From an uncultured virus (IMG/VR IMGVR_UViG_3300044643_000328) (Duplodnaviria > Heunggongvirae > Uroviricota > Caudoviricetes), in IMG/VR virus record IMGVR_UViG_3300044643_000328, positions 54,184 through 74,183 of that record: a stretch of 20,000 nt of DNA. One strand, written 5' to 3'. This document shows positions 8,156-16,567 of the stretch, piece by piece. Both the position numbers and the translations under genes were made by a program. Position 1 is the stretch's first letter. Each line of letters starts with the position of its first letter. The notes under the pieces were generated by a model. That model was not told where the DNA came from. It saw nothing but the letters and a program-made list of their open reading frames with translations, and did not search any database.

Positions 8156-8205
8156 CCTTAAGAGATACAGATGACCATAAAAGGCCATCTGTAATTCTCC
8201 GAAGG
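8156..8205 (-). other. Intergenic long hairpin between the AAA and VWA genes
   Basis: Minus strand ccuu-cg-gaga-au-uacagauggcc (uuuuau) ggucaucugua-ucuc-uu-aagg. No U-tract follows it. Confidence 0.7.
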
Positions 8206-8229
8206 TTACATTATTTTGTGGACCTCTAC

Positions 8230-9360
8230 TTAGTAAGGAGCTGAAGCTTCAACCACAGCCTCTGCCATCATATTGTCAAACTCTTCTGAAGTTTGATAGT
8301 CTTTACGAGCAGGGTGGTTTTGAATGATATATTGCATTGATAGCTCAATCTCTTCTACTTGTGTTTCGTCCATAATACCTCTTGAAGTATAAGTATTAAC
8401 CAAGCTCTCAATTTCAGCTACAGCTAACTCAAGTTGTTCGTTGCTGTTATAGCTGTGAAGCATTTCTACTTTAGACATCACTGCTTTTACTTCAGGGCTC
8501 ATTAGCTTGTTCTGTAATTCAGAACCTGCAGATTGACCAATCATAATTTGTGCTGTCTTTACAAGAGCTTTGTCTAGACTAATATCCCAGATGTAAGATA
8601 CAGCTTTAGTTAGTTTCGGTACAAAAGTTAATGTACGATCTGAACTGTGCTGGTAACCCACTTCTAGATACTTTTCTAGTTTGTTAACTGGTACTTCTAA
8701 AGAGTTAATCTCTTGATTAGTAGGAATACCGATGTTAAACTTCTCACGGTAGTCTCTTGCTCCTTTAGTATAATACTTAACTAACTCACCTGCAGATACA
8801 CGGTTAACCGTCATCTTTAACATGAAACGATCCCAGAATGGAGAGTCTGCCTCTTCTTTAGGAATTTCGTTACAGGTAGCAATGAATAGCTTCCACTTAC
8901 ATGGAATCTTGTGCTTACCGTTAAATAAGAACTTCTCGTTCATTACACCTAACATAGCGTTACGTATAGCTGAAGAAGCTTTATCTACCTCGTTAATGAT
9001 AACAATCTCTGCATCTGCAATTGGTGTATTAAGATCATACACGTTGTCAGTAAATAATTTACCTAAGTCAGGCATACCCTTAATTTCTGATGCTTTAGTA
9101 CCCTCATCTGTTTCTAAGATGTAAATCTTATTAGCAAAATCTTGAGCTGTCATTTTACCGTCTTTGTTAAGCCATGCTTTGGCATAGTCTAATACGGTTT
9201 TTGTTTTAGCAACACCTGGTTCACCTACTAGAAGACATGGTAGTCCTGTAGATTCTGCTAACGCTAGCATTTTAAATACCTCTTCTTTGTTTATAAGAGA
9301 AGTTTCAATAGTACGAATTTCCTGTGTTGTTCTTTTTGTTATAGATTTTACTTTTGACAT
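8230..9360 (-). CDS. MoxR/RavA-type AAA+ ATPase
   Basis: Walker A GEPGVAKT, Walker B region VIINEVDK, RNAMLGVMNEK, ATCNE and arginine finger FWDRF. Start moved to MSKVK (9360) because the longer ORF overlaps the upstream gene. Confidence 0.85.
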   Translation of the reverse strand: MSKVKSITKRTTQEIRTIETSLINKEEVFKMLALAESTGLPCLLVGEPGVAKTKTVLDYAKAWLNKDGKMTAQDFANKIYILETDEGTKASEIKGMPDLGKLFTDNVYDLNTPIADAEIVIINEVDKASSAIRNAMLGVMNEKFLFNGKHKIPCKWKLFIATCNEIPKEEADSPFWDRFMLKMTVNRVSAGELVKYYTKGARDYREKFNIGIPTNQEINSLEVPVNKLEKYLEVGYQHSSDRTLTFVPKLTKAVSYIWDISLDKALVKTAQIMIGQSAGSELQNKLMSPEVKAVMSKVEMLHSYNSNEQLELAVAEIESLVNTYTSRGIMDETQVEEIELSMQYIIQNHPARKDYQTSEEFDNMMAEAVVEASAPY

Positions 9361-9385
9361 GTTATGTTGTTTTGTAGGTTGATTA

Positions 9386-9790
9386 CTATAAGTTTGCAAA
9401 TGCTGAGAGTTCTTCTGAGTTTTCTGGTACGTTTGTGAAACTATCTCCATCATTTGCAGGTACTGCCTCGCTGATATTGGATCTATTATCAGTTCTTCCT
9501 GATACTTGTTCCAAAGTCTCAGTAAAAGATGGTTTTCCAACGGTACTGGTGGTTTCTCTAAGGGTAGCATTTGATTTGTTATTAGTTATTACAAAAACTC
9601 TTGCAATTGTATCTACGTTCTGTAATTCAGGATGTTTCTGAATAACTTTAATATGCATATCTAATGCATTATATTTCTCTTGGATGGAGCCGTAGCCCAA
9701 GTCATCCTTTTTATACCAAGTGTAACCACTGTGTAATAAATCTATAATGTCTTGTACATCAATAGATACTTCTTCTTTTTGAATAGCCAT
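9386..9790 (-). CDS. Hypothetical protein
   Basis: Fills the gap between ung and the AAA gene. Start MAIQK at 9790 shares its leader sequence with the AAA gene. Confidence 0.7.
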   Translation of the reverse strand: MAIQKEEVSIDVQDIIDLLHSGYTWYKKDDLGYGSIQEKYNALDMHIKVIQKHPELQNVDTIARVFVITNNKSNATLRETTSTVGKPSFTETLEQVSGRTDNRSNISEAVPANDGDSFTNVPENSEELSAFANL

Positions 9791-9810
9791 GTTATGTTGT
9801 TTTTGAATGT

Positions 9811-10527
9811 TTACCAATTAATTGTATACGGTTTGCCGTTATTAGCTTCTATGATTTCATTTACTCTTACAAACACATTGTTACAGTCCCATGTAGTTTT
9901 AGTATAGGCTGCTGATGCAGGATGTGAAGCTTTAAGAATATAATGATTAGGTCCAATGATTGACTCTAGTTCTTGAGCTTTAGCTCCTAGTAGTACAAAT
10001 ATCAAACCTGAGTTTGTAAAGTTTAGCATATCAAATAGGTACATAACAAACTCATTCCATATATGGTGATGACTTCCTATTTTATCTATCTGACATGTTA
10101 ATGCTGTGTTTAGTAATAATACTCCTTGATTAGCCCATCTAGCTAGGTTTGGATCCTGATAAGTTGGAAACTCTTGATACACAGTCTGTTCTATAGCTTC
10201 AAACATGTTTCTTAAACTAGGTTGTGGCTTCTGTGTGATGCTACAGCTAAAAGCTAAGCCATCTGCTACACCCATCATAGGATAAGGATCTTGTCCAACA
10301 ATAATTACCTTAAGATCTTTTTCTGGACACTCTTCAAAGGCTCTGAATACTTGCTTTAAAGGAGGAGTAAATCTTTTACCAGCTTCTCTTTCATTATAAA
10401 GAGTTTCTAATATTTTATCAAAGTCTGAGCTTTGTATAAAACCTTTAAGTTTGTTAGCCCAACCAGATGGTTTAAGCTTTTCTATAAGTTTTTCTTTAAT
10501 TTCTGCTAAGTTTATAGTTTGTTCCAT
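9811..10527 (-). CDS. ung: Uracil-DNA glycosylase, family 1
   Basis: Motifs KVIIVGQDPY, GLAFS, PSLRN, LARWANQGVLLLN and SHPAS. Start taken at MEQTINL. Confidence 0.93.
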   Translation of the reverse strand: MEQTINLAEIKEKLIEKLKPSGWANKLKGFIQSSDFDKILETLYNEREAGKRFTPPLKQVFRAFEECPEKDLKVIIVGQDPYPMMGVADGLAFSCSITQKPQPSLRNMFEAIEQTVYQEFPTYQDPNLARWANQGVLLLNTALTCQIDKIGSHHHIWNEFVMYLFDMLNFTNSGLIFVLLGAKAQELESIIGPNHYILKASHPASAAYTKTTWDCNNVFVRVNEIIEANNGKPYTINW

Positions 10528-10535
10528 ATTTATTG

Positions 10536-10543
10536 TATATTTG
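10536..10543 (+). promoter_or_regulatory. Bacteroidota sigma-A -7 element (TAnnTTTG)
   Basis: TATATTTG lies 20 nt upstream of the ATG at 10564, the only + strand gene in the - block. Confidence 0.55.
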
Positions 10544-10563
10544 AAGTTCAAACCCCTCAAGTT

Positions 10564-10854
10564 ATGTCTAAAATCACGATGATTAAAAATGATGCTGTAG
10601 TTACTATTAGTATAGGCTCAGCATTTCTTAAAAGAGTTCAAAAGGTTATGGTTCAACTCATCTCTGATAGAACAGATGAAGAGATTGAAGAATTTAAAAA
10701 ACTCATACAAGATGTTACTCTTGAAGAGCTTCCAGAACCGTGGATGGAAAATCTTTTAATTGTCAATACGTTACTTAGATCTATTGAGCAACAAGCTATT
10801 GCGTCAGGACAGACATATGAAAAAGATGTAGATGATATTGATGAGGTTAGTTAA
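10564..10854 (+). CDS. Hypothetical acidic protein, sole opposite-strand gene in the - block
   Basis: Fills the gap between ung and the NinB-like gene. Start MSKIT is preceded by the -7 motif. Confidence 0.75.
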   Translation: MSKITMIKNDAVVTISIGSAFLKRVQKVMVQLISDRTDEEIEEFKKLIQDVTLEELPEPWMENLLIVNTLLRSIEQQAIASGQTYEKDVDDIDEVS

Positions 10855-11242
10855 CAATAAAACCAATATCTTCTCCAATCTCTATAGATGCTTGTATAGC
10901 TAATGATAGTTCTTCCCTAGAACAATCTGCAAAACTTTTAGCTAGAAAATATTCTTTACCTGCTACATTACGTGCAATACATAATCCAGCTCGGTCTTTA
11001 ACTAATATTTTCATATTCTCTACAGTCTCACCAATATGCATAGCTAGTTGTTTTATTACAACATGTAGCTTAGCTAATTGTGGTAGTGTACCGTCATCGT
11101 GTGTCATTTCATAGAACACTTCTACAATTTGACCGTTAGGAATGTGACCAGTAAACACTTCAAACTGTTTAGCTTGTGCTAAGCTAGAAAACTCTAACTT
11201 ACCATCTTTCTTTATATACTTACCTGTAAAGTGAATACTCAT
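10847..11242 (-). CDS. NinB/Orf-like recombination protein
   Basis: Size and pattern (T..Q..KLH..I..LA...G...E.MK ... S.ADCS.EE....I) resemble the NinB family. Next to helicase and HNH genes. Confidence 0.5.
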   Translation of the reverse strand: MSIHFTGKYIKKDGKLEFSSLAQAKQFEVFTGHIPNGQIVEVFYEMTHDDGTLPQLAKLHVVIKQLAMHIGETVENMKILVKDRAGLCIARNVAGKEYFLAKSFADCSREELSLAIQASIEIGEDIGFIVN

Positions 11243-11246
11243 AATT

Positions 11247-12344
11247 TTAAGATTCTACGTCATGAAATGTTATTTTAGTAGAGTCAAGATCTTTTAATGC
11301 TTCATTAACCCACTTTTCATCTACGGTTCCTTTATAACACAGTATATGTATAATAGCTGTGTCATCTGGATTAAGTCTTAAAAGTCTACCAATACGTTGG
11401 TTGCTTTTACGCTCATTACCGTAAGCATGCATAATGATACCTGCTCTAAGATTAGGTATGTTGATACCCTCATTTAATTGTAGTACACAAGACAGTTGAT
11501 CAATCTCATCATTCTTGAATTTTAGAAGATTTTCTTCTGCATCAGGATTGCTTGAGTGGTATGAACTTTTACAAATTCTATCAGCTTGTACTTGCGTGTT
11601 ACAAAATACTATACACTTGTCTTCTATCTCATTGAGTAGATACTTAGCATACTTTTCTTTTGTCTTAAAATCCATTAGTGTACGCATTCTCATTACAGAA
11701 GCAATCTGCTCTTGCTTTTTAGACTGAGCTTCCATTAGTCTTTTTGTCCAATACTCATAGTTTTTACGTTCTGATGTAAAAAACTCTTTGTCTTTAAGCT
11801 TTACAGGCATAACGTTATCTACAGAAAGCGGCATCTTATGTACTATAATTCTATAGTCATTTAAGATGTCATCATCTATAGCGTCATCTGTAATATACTT
11901 GAATACTATCGGACAATAAACATGTACTAATATACCTTTTTCACTATTTGTATGTCTAGGAGGAGTACCAGTTAATCCTAATATTCTACCTTTATAAAAG
12001 TTAAAGAATGGAGCATGCGTGTTTAATAAGCTGTGACACTCATCAAGCACTAGAACATCATACTCTTTAGGATCTTTTTTGCTTAAGGATAAGTAAGTAG
12101 TAAACTCTACACCTTCTAATGATATATTAAACTTGGAAGCATCGTCTACCCAACTATCAAATATAGATAGTTTAGGTGCTACGACTAATACTTTCAGTCT
12201 ATCTTTATAGATTTTCTGAAAGTGATCTATATACTTCAAACCTATTAAGGTTTTACCAACACCCATTGATATAGCTAGTCCACACCTTTCGTGTTTTGTA
12301 GCTATATCAAGAGCTTCTTGTTGGATCTCTTCTCTTTTAGACAT
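11247..12344 (-). CDS. Superfamily 2 DExH helicase (UvsW/ResIII-like)
   Basis: Motifs MGVGKT, VVAP, VLDECH, GLTGTP, EGINIP and QRIGRLLR. Confidence 0.92.
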   Translation of the reverse strand: MSKREEIQQEALDIATKHERCGLAISMGVGKTLIGLKYIDHFQKIYKDRLKVLVVAPKLSIFDSWVDDASKFNISLEGVEFTTYLSLSKKDPKEYDVLVLDECHSLLNTHAPFFNFYKGRILGLTGTPPRHTNSEKGILVHVYCPIVFKYITDDAIDDDILNDYRIIVHKMPLSVDNVMPVKLKDKEFFTSERKNYEYWTKRLMEAQSKKQEQIASVMRMRTLMDFKTKEKYAKYLLNEIEDKCIVFCNTQVQADRICKSSYHSSNPDAEENLLKFKNDEIDQLSCVLQLNEGINIPNLRAGIIMHAYGNERKSNQRIGRLLRLNPDDTAIIHILCYKGTVDEKWVNEALKDLDSTKITFHDVES

Positions 12345-12618
12345 ACATCTCTGATTCTACATAACAGAAACTACAACATAGTGTAATGAGTCTTATGTGC
12401 TTACCACATTCATTGTCAGCTCTACTGACAGTTTCTTTTAAGTTGTTAGCAACTACTGCTTGTACAAAGCTACCGCCTTGTAAAACATTATCTCTAGTCA
12501 TCATTACAGATATCATTACATCTATAATGTGTTCAGATACTTGTTCGTTGTATCTGTTTGCAAAGTGGACTACAGCTGTTCTGTAATTGTCCCTTATTTC
12601 TTGCCAATTGTTTTCCAT
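12337..12618 (-). CDS. Hypothetical protein
   Basis: Start MENNW lies directly after the HNH stop. Contains GGSFVQAVVANNL. Confidence 0.7.
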   Translation of the reverse strand: MENNWQEIRDNYRTAVVHFANRYNEQVSEHIIDVMISVMMTRDNVLQGGSFVQAVVANNLKETVSRADNECGKHIRLITLCCSFCYVESEMYV

Positions 12619-12619
12619 A

Positions 12620-13006
12620 TTATAATCGGTTTTCTGATAATCCAAGTTCTTTTGCTTCATTAGGATGGAGTTCTATCCATGTATGACAGTTTCTGCACAC
12701 AGGTAACCATGTAGCAATACGTAGATGGTTCTTACCTCTACCTGCTTTATGATGTACTTCTGTTGCATTTGCTGTACAACCAGCTAGTTTAGCTTTACAT
12801 AAAGTATTTACTATAAGGTATGCAGTACGTATTTTAGAATACTGATCTACAGTTTCCTTCATCTTTTTAGACATAGGAGCTATAGACTTTGGCTTCTCAA
12901 TATTGTACCAGCAGTCTTTACAGTATTTATCTTTACCGTGAGACTTCCATATGTGTTTAGGCTCGTTACAGCCGGCACACATCTTAAGTTTCGCTTGTAT
13001 CCCCAT
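12620..13006 (-). CDS. HNH endonuclease with N-terminal zinc finger
   Basis: CAGC...CKDC, followed by C.....C....EVHH..GR...W..VCRNCH. Confidence 0.8.
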   Translation of the reverse strand: MGIQAKLKMCAGCNEPKHIWKSHGKDKYCKDCWYNIEKPKSIAPMSKKMKETVDQYSKIRTAYLIVNTLCKAKLAGCTANATEVHHKAGRGKNHLRIATWLPVCRNCHTWIELHPNEAKELGLSENRL

Positions 13007-13214
13007 CTTTACTAGTTTGAGATGAATGAACTTTTCTTTTTAATATAACACTGTCTGTTACAGGTTTACCTAAAATACTAATAGGTTGGCTGATTCTTTC
13101 AGCTTCAATATAGCTACCGCCATCCAACACCTTATCTAAAAGGAGTTTGTCTAATTCATTTTCTGGTACCAACACTAACTGTGCTGCACCATTAATTACA
13201 AAAGTACATTGCAT
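12984..13214 (-). CDS. Hypothetical protein
   Basis: 76-aa ORF that tiles the operon. Confidence 0.65.
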   Translation of the reverse strand: MQCTFVINGAAQLVLVPENELDKLLLDKVLDGGSYIEAERISQPISILGKPVTDSVILKRKVHSSQTSKDGDTSET

Positions 13215-13220
13215 AATCTA

Positions 13221-13742
13221 CTAAGTTAAGTTAAAAAAATTGTTTGGTAAAACGCCAACTTCTATAAGTTTGTTAGCTATTTTGTGTTTTGTTAATCCTA
13301 GCTCTTTAAACGTGTGTGTATCCTTATGATGACGATCATAGGTAGGAATCTCACACATTTTCTTAGCCATAATTGAGTTTGGAAATAATATAGTTAAGAG
13401 TGTATTAATCTTATGGTCAACAATCTGTTTCTTCCATTCATTAAGTACATCTTGTGCTTTATTATAACGTTCTAAAATTTCAATCCGTCTTTCTTTAGAA
13501 AGTTCTTTTAGTTGTATAGGAGTATATACATTTAGACCATATATAACTTCAGCATATAACTTTTGCTGAGGTTTGTTGAATACAGGTCTTTCAAGCTTTT
13601 GGTATTTAGCTGTACCGTTAATCTGAATAGATTTAACTACGGGAGATTCGTAAGCTATAAACTTATGCTTGTTTGCATCTCTAAAAGATATAACTATACC
13701 TTTAGAGTTAGCCGAAATGGCTTTGTTTGGATTGTGTGACAT
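13221..13742 (-). CDS. Hypothetical basic protein
   Basis: 173-aa ORF that tiles the operon. Confidence 0.75.
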   Translation of the reverse strand: MSHNPNKAISANSKGIVISFRDANKHKFIAYESPVVKSIQINGTAKYQKLERPVFNKPQQKLYAEVIYGLNVYTPIQLKELSKERRIEILERYNKAQDVLNEWKKQIVDHKINTLLTILFPNSIMAKKMCEIPTYDRHHKDTHTFKELGLTKHKIANKLIEVGVLPNNFFNLT

Positions 13743-13770
13743 GAATCTGCTTTTTGTGGTGGGTAAATAT

Positions 13771-13799
13771 AAAAGGCCCAGCTTTTACACTGGGCCCTT
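13771..13799 (-). terminator. Intrinsic terminator
   Basis: Minus strand ggcccag-uguaaaag-cugggcc-uuuu, immediately after the stop at 13803. Confidence 0.8.
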
Positions 13800-13802
13800 A
13801 AT

Positions 13803-14285
13803 TTATAAGTTTGCTTCTGCAGCTTTGCGAGACGTTAAGCTTTGTAAGCCACTAGTCATTGCACGTTGTGCAGCTATAACTTCTTTGATCTCCTCTGTAT
13901 TATTGTGAGTGATCAATTGGTCATAACTGTTCTCATTAGTTGTATAAAATGCTTGACGATAAATAGGTTGATCATCAATAGTACAGATTACACCTGTAGT
14001 ACCTGCCACCTTTAAATCACGATCAGGATTATCCTGGTTGAACGGTGTCAAAGATTCTACCACTACAATCTTACCTGGTAATTCCTTACCTTGTTTAAAT
14101 CCAGCTTCTATAAGATCTTTTACAAGACCCTTGATTAATGCTGAACGCTTAGATGGTCTTAGCCATCCTTGATCATTAATTTGAGTAGTTGTTTGTTCTA
14201 CTCTTACATATCCATATTCAGGATTGTTTGCTGATACGCCAACTACATTTCCGAGTTGGTCAGCTGTTACTACGACTTTAGTCAT
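13803..14285 (-). CDS. Beta-rich hypothetical protein, possibly ssDNA-binding
   Basis: 160-aa beta-rich ORF bracketed by terminators. LPGKIVV.E and G..C.....PIYR motifs are recalled from Bacteroidota phage proteins. The SSB role is speculative. Confidence 0.5.
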   Translation of the reverse strand: MTKVVVTADQLGNVVGVSANNPEYGYVRVEQTTTQINDQGWLRPSKRSALIKGLVKDLIEAGFKQGKELPGKIVVVESLTPFNQDNPDRDLKVAGTTGVICTIDDQPIYRQAFYTTNENSYDQLITHNNTEEIKEVIAAQRAMTSGLQSLTSRKAAEANL

Positions 14286-14309
14286 ATATTTATTGTTTTA
14301 GTAATTTGT

Positions 14310-14351
14310 AAAAAAAACCCCCAGCACACCGGTTAAGGTGATACTGGGGGT
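14310..14351 (-). terminator. Intrinsic terminator
   Basis: Minus strand acccccag...cacc-uuaacc-ggug...cugggggu followed by a U-run. Confidence 0.85.
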
Positions 14352-14374
14352 ATAAATTATTTAAAATAAATTAT

Positions 14375-14638
14375 TTAATCATCTTCAGAATAGTTATAAT
14401 CTATATCTAAATCAGTTAATTTATCTATTTGAGGTATATCTGTTAGATCAGGTAATACTTCTGGAGTCTCATCTGGTTGAGGAATAGATTTACTTGTTAT
14501 AACAGATCCAAACCATGGATCTTCTAGTGTGTCACCATAGTTATATGCTATCAAGTATTCTAACTCTTCATCCGACATCTCAAAGTATTGTTCTGTACTA
14601 ATCTCTATAACTCTTCCGTTAGGCAATTGGTACAACAT
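14375..14638 (-). CDS. Hypothetical acidic protein
   Basis: 87-aa ORF (MLYQLPNGRVIEIS..Y..MSDEEL) followed by a terminator. Confidence 0.75.
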   Translation of the reverse strand: MLYQLPNGRVIEISTEQYFEMSDEELEYLIAYNYGDTLEDPWFGSVITSKSIPQPDETPEVLPDLTDIPQIDKLTDLDIDYNYSEDD

Positions 14639-14725
14639 ATTACTATAGTTAGCTGTATAAAGCTAAACCATTGATATTATATTGCAAAGAACTATATTAT
14701 AAAGTACGGATAATAGAGCTATAAC

Positions 14726-14896
14726 TTAAGACTCTTTAGGTTTTTTATTACTTTGATATAGTTTTTTCTTCCAGTATGCATTTGTTTTGTTGATAGTTTC
14801 CTGCCGCTCCACAAGCTTTTCTTTAAGTTCTTGATTCTCGGCTTCTAGCTCTTTCACTTTCAAGTGAGGAAAAATCTTGTTAATCCATTTTAACAT
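14726..14896 (-). CDS. Small coiled-coil hypothetical protein (56 aa, not in ORF track)
   Basis: Reads MLKWINKIFPHLKVKELEAENQELKEKLVERQETINKTNAYWKKKLYQSNKKPKES*. Alternative start at 14902. Confidence 0.7.
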   Translation of the reverse strand: MLKWINKIFPHLKVKELEAENQELKEKLVERQETINKTNAYWKKKLYQSNKKPKES

Positions 14897-14910
14897 ATAC
14901 ATAATTTAAA

Positions 14911-15456
14911 CTAATTAATACTCTTGGTAAACTTTGTATACAAGTTACCAAATCTACCACTATTTTCATCAAATTTCTTACTTAACTCAGGTAATTCTAC
15001 AAGTTCAATAGTTTCTACTAAGTCACCTTCAGGTGATACAGCCATTCTTATTATCTCGTATACAAAGTTTTCTGTTTCAACTCCTGTATCTACGCTAATA
15101 ATTAAGATTTCTTTCTTAATAGGTAATTTCTTGTAATCATCTACTATTGGGTCATAGTTTTCTTTTAACCCTTCACGCATCCAAGCTTCTGATGCCCAAG
15201 CTATTGCTTTTATCTCAAACTTCTTTCTAATCTCTTTAGATATTTCTGGTATCATTTCATCTACAAACATCTGTTTGCCGTGGTCTGAGTTAGCTATCTT
15301 TCCAGGAAGAGGTATGTGCACAAGAGCAGGCTTGTTTTCTTCTAAATGGTCACCAATAACAGTTACCATTGGTTGTATGTTACCAGTTTCTAATAACATA
15401 TCTTTCATATTTTGGATGTAGTCTTCCTTGATTTCTATAAACTGTTCTTGTGTCAT
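14911..15456 (-). CDS. Hypothetical protein
   Basis: 181-aa ORF containing WASEAWMR. Confidence 0.75.
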   Translation of the reverse strand: MTQEQFIEIKEDYIQNMKDMLLETGNIQPMVTVIGDHLEENKPALVHIPLPGKIANSDHGKQMFVDEMIPEISKEIRKKFEIKAIAWASEAWMREGLKENYDPIVDDYKKLPIKKEILIISVDTGVETENFVYEIIRMAVSPEGDLVETIELVELPELSKKFDENSGRFGNLYTKFTKSIN

Positions 15457-15466
15457 ATAGTTTTAT

Positions 15467-16033
15467 TTAATCCCACCACTCGGCAGAATGTCTTTTAAGA
15501 ATCTCAAATATTAAGTCATCAGCTTTCTGTTGACGTACAAAACACATAAAGTGTGCTAATGCATCTTTATCATTAAAGTGAGAGTATGTAGAGTATTTCT
15601 TTCTAGCAGCTCTTTCAGCACTAGGATATTTCTTAATGTATTCTTCTAAGGTGTCTGATTTATAGTCAGAAAAGACTTCATCACCCATAACTACATATTT
15701 AAACTTCTCCATTTGATAGTACTGGTTATGCTTACGCTCTAAAAGATTAAGAACTACTGTCATCCAATAGTTATCTCTATCTACATGCTCGTGTCTATTA
15801 GCTTTAACTAAATACTCTCTTTGAAATTCTATCTTCTTCTGTAAGAGTTTAGTAATATAATAGTCATCCCAATCTCTGTCTTTCCAGATGATTGGTAACC
15901 AACGTATCACGTTGCTAACTGATCTAAAAAATTCTTTTATACGCCAATTTACAACACGTAACCATTTAGGTTTTCTGTTGGTATCCCATGCTGTATCAGC
16001 AGGTATAGGCAGTTTAGTATACTGTTTCATCAT
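15467..16033 (-). CDS. Hypothetical phage protein
   Basis: 188-aa Trp-rich ORF (RWLPIIWKDRDWD...EWWD). Confidence 0.75.
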   Translation of the reverse strand: MMKQYTKLPIPADTAWDTNRKPKWLRVVNWRIKEFFRSVSNVIRWLPIIWKDRDWDDYYITKLLQKKIEFQREYLVKANRHEHVDRDNYWMTVVLNLLERKHNQYYQMEKFKYVVMGDEVFSDYKSDTLEEYIKKYPSAERAARKKYSTYSHFNDKDALAHFMCFVRQQKADDLIFEILKRHSAEWWD

Positions 16034-16289
16034 CTAAGTGTTTAGCTATTTCTCTAAGTGAGTTTGCATGAGTTTTATCTAATATAAATTCATCCCATGC
16101 TCCATATTTAGATTTATATCCAAATATGTATTTAATTCCATATACAAGACGGTACCAAAAGGATCGTCTTACTAAATGTACATGAACAAATGCTTCTGGA
16201 GGAAACAAATCTCCACCTTCATCTAGGTGTATAATCATTTGATGTTCTGAGCTATAACAGCTACAGAGTAATAACATATGCTTATCCAT
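16014..16289 (-). CDS. Hypothetical phage protein
   Basis: 91-aa ORF with CSC..SEH and RL..GIKYIFGY. Confidence 0.7.
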   Translation of the reverse strand: MDKHMLLLCSCYSSEHQMIIHLDEGGDLFPPEAFVHVHLVRRSFWYRLVYGIKYIFGYKSKYGAWDEFILDKTHANSLREIAKHLDDETVY

Positions 16290-16301
16290 AATGTTTGATT
16301 T

Positions 16302-16349
16302 AAAAGTAAGAGGTGGTGAAGACCAATGTCAAGCTTCACCACCTTTACT
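16302..16349 (-). terminator. Strong hairpin, likely terminator, at the 3' end of candidate RNA A
   Basis: Perfect 11-bp arms aggtggtgaag (16311-16321) and cttcaccacct (16334-16344), followed on the minus strand by cuuacuuuu. Confidence 0.7.
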
Positions 16350-16567
16350 AGTTCATTAACTACTCATACGGTTTCAGACCTGGAAAAATTTACCGTTTGT
16401 TTATTCTGCTTCTGCTACCCGGATATATACATGTAGCTTCCAGACGTGGTATTTTTTCGTTAACTGCTCCTAGATGTCCGGCTTTATAACGGCTCCACAT
16501 AACAAGTTACATGGGACATGATCACGCACTCGGTTTTATTATGTGCTGGCTTCAATCTAGTAATCTC
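16305..16567 (-). ncRNA. Candidate structured RNA A
   Basis: No convincing ORF. Many complementary segments, including a crossing pair. G-U pairs favour the minus strand. Confidence 0.5.

Noticed and set aside
9361..9570. N-terminal extension of the 446-aa AAA ORF
   Set aside because: Overlaps the upstream gene out of frame. The repeated leader points to a start at 9360.
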